This document shows positions 62,739-64,000 of a DNA stretch of 64,000 bases, piece after piece; positions within the stretch are counted from its first letter, which is position 1, and the number at the start of each line of letters is the position of its first letter. The notes below the pieces were generated by a model, which saw only the letters and a list, made by a program, of their open reading frames with translations, made no database searches and was not told the DNA's origin. Origin of the DNA: an uncultured Gemmatimonadales bacterium (GTDB taxonomy: Bacteria > Gemmatimonadota > Gemmatimonadetes > Gemmatimonadales > GWC2-71-9); contig CAWGED010000004.1 of the NCBI GenBank assembly GCA_963821525.1, forward strand, positions 1 through 64,000, read 5' to 3'. Made by a program: the position numbers and the translations under genes.

Positions 62739-64000
62739 CTACTGGGAGCCCGAGCTGCGGAGCCGGCGCACCAGCTCGGCCAGATTCTGAATGACTACGA
62801 TCCTGGTGGCCGGACCCCGCCGTATCATGACGAACGTCTTGCCATCCCGAGAGACGTCATAGTTCGCATGAGGTGCGGCGCCAAGAATTTCCTCGAGACT
62901 GAAGAGCGCTTTCTGGGAGACGACTTCGAATCGAGGAGCGGTCCTGATCTGCACCGAGTTCAACTCGACCCGGTTCTCGCTGAGACTACGGTAGAACAAT
63001 TCCTTCCCATCGGGAGCCCAGACCGGCTCGGATCCTCCGCTCTGAGAGATCTGGACGACATCGCCCTCGCCCGACAACGCCCGCACGTAGACCTGCTCGA
63101 CACCCGACTGGTCCGAAGCGAAAGCGAGCCATCGGCCATCGGGTGAGGGCGCGGGGAATCTGTTCTGATATGCATTCACCAGGAGCGGCTTGATCGGCCC
63201 CCGCCCATCGTTCTCTACCGTCGCGAGGTCGGTGCCACTGCCCGGCTCGAGCTCGGTCGCTGTGGTTACCAGCGTGTGTCCGTCGGGGAGCCATTGACCG
63301 GTATAGGCGAGACTGGGTGAGGTCAGGAGGGACTCGGCTGGAGCGGTGCTCCCCGGTCGGGTCCGCAACAGGCTGAACACTCCGCTCTTGAAGGAGGTGA
63401 AGAGGATCGTCTGCCCGTCGGGCGACCAGATGGCATCGTGCCCATCGCGGGTGAATGTGGCCCTCGAGAGAGTTCGCTGATCGAGAGAAAGCACCCAAAC
63501 GTCTCGTCCATCGGCCGAAGTAAAATCGATACTTAACCGGCGACCGTCGGGAGAGAACTTGGGCGCGTGGAAGTTCTGCTTCCCCTCCATGACCGTCCGG
63601 AAGCTTCCGCTGCGGTCAGCGAAGACCAGGGTCCGCGGTTCTTCGGGGATATAGGCGATGAGCCCGTTCGGAGCCACGGAGAATTGCGCGATCCCAGTGC
63701 CGGTGGTCGAAATATTCTCCGCGATCTGCAATGGGGGGCCGCTGGTACCAGTGCCCGAGGGCTGGTAGGGAGCCGCCCACATCGTTCCACCGGGTTGGAC
63801 GTAGACCAGAAAGCCATTGGTGTAGCGCGCCTCAACCATCGGGAGCTCGCTGATGGTTTGCTGATCCCCGTTACGCAGATCAACCCGGATGCAGGGGCCC
63901 GAGCCGGTTCCGATCGGTGTTCGGATCGCAAGAGCATACCGGTCCCCAGGCAGCACCTGCTGCACCAGGAGACGGGGAGTCTTCGACATCAACTCGGACC
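62739..64000 (-). CDS. C-terminal TolB-like propeller region, probably of a kinase-propeller protein (partial)
   Basis: FSPDG/WSPDG/WAPDGKELFY repeats, NYDVSRDGKTFVMI; N-terminus lies outside the window. Confidence 0.8.
   Translation of the reverse strand, partial: SELMSKTPRLLVQQVLPGDRYALAIRTPIGTGSGPCIRVDLRNGDQQTISELPMVEARYTNGFLVYVQPGGTMWAAPYQPSGTGTSGPPLQIAENISTTGTGIAQFSVAPNGLIAYIPEEPRTLVFADRSGSFRTVMEGKQNFHAPKFSPDGRRLSIDFTSADGRDVWVLSLDQRTLSRATFTRDGHDAIWSPDGQTILFTSFKSGVFSLLRTRPGSTAPAESLLTSPSLAYTGQWLPDGHTLVTTATELEPGSGTDLATVENDGRGPIKPLLVNAYQNRFPAPSPDGRWLAFASDQSGVEQVYVRALSGEGDVVQISQSGGSEPVWAPDGKELFYRSLSENRVELNSVQIRTAPRFEVVSQKALFSLEEILGAAPHANYDVSRDGKTFVMIRRGPATRIVVIQNLAELVRRLRSSGSQ

Noticed and set aside
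1..64000. Frequent frameshifts as programmed frameshifting or mass pseudogenisation
   Set aside because: They also hit thiolase, hbd, susC and aminotransferases, often at short homopolymers, with motifs intact on both sides; sequencing indels are the simplest explanation.

Overview
GC-rich bacterial window, most consistent with a Gemmatimonadota-like genome (SusC/SusD pair, kinase-TPR and kinase-propeller type genes, thyX); the taxon is an inference. Many genes, housekeeping ones included, carry single-base frameshifts, which points to long-read indel noise, so several gene boundaries are reconstructed and approximate. Positions 1 to about 17 kb form a conflict/defence island: a TIR(FxsC-like)-iSTAND/MoxR/vWA ternary system, a caspase next to a membrane-anchored TIR protein, a DUF4062 protein, a Ser/Thr kinase-TPR gene followed by a small REGxxPPPPGGG repeat peptide, and a TIR-NB-ARC-WD40 NLR. 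The most notable feature is a single-chain TssB-TssC (T6SS sheath) fusion gene starting 18 bp after the NLR, with no other T6SS gene in the window. The remainder is core-like: thiolase/hbd, thyX, two Ddl-like ATP-grasp ligases plus GNAT, SusC/D, and a GntR/KamA/two class-III aminotransferases/ALDH/CoA-transferase/permease cluster that may encode a beta-lysine to 3-oxoadipate catabolic route. Intergenic spaces there are full of inverted heptamer arrays and REP-like hairpins. No rRNA, tRNA, CRISPR array or transposase was recognised.
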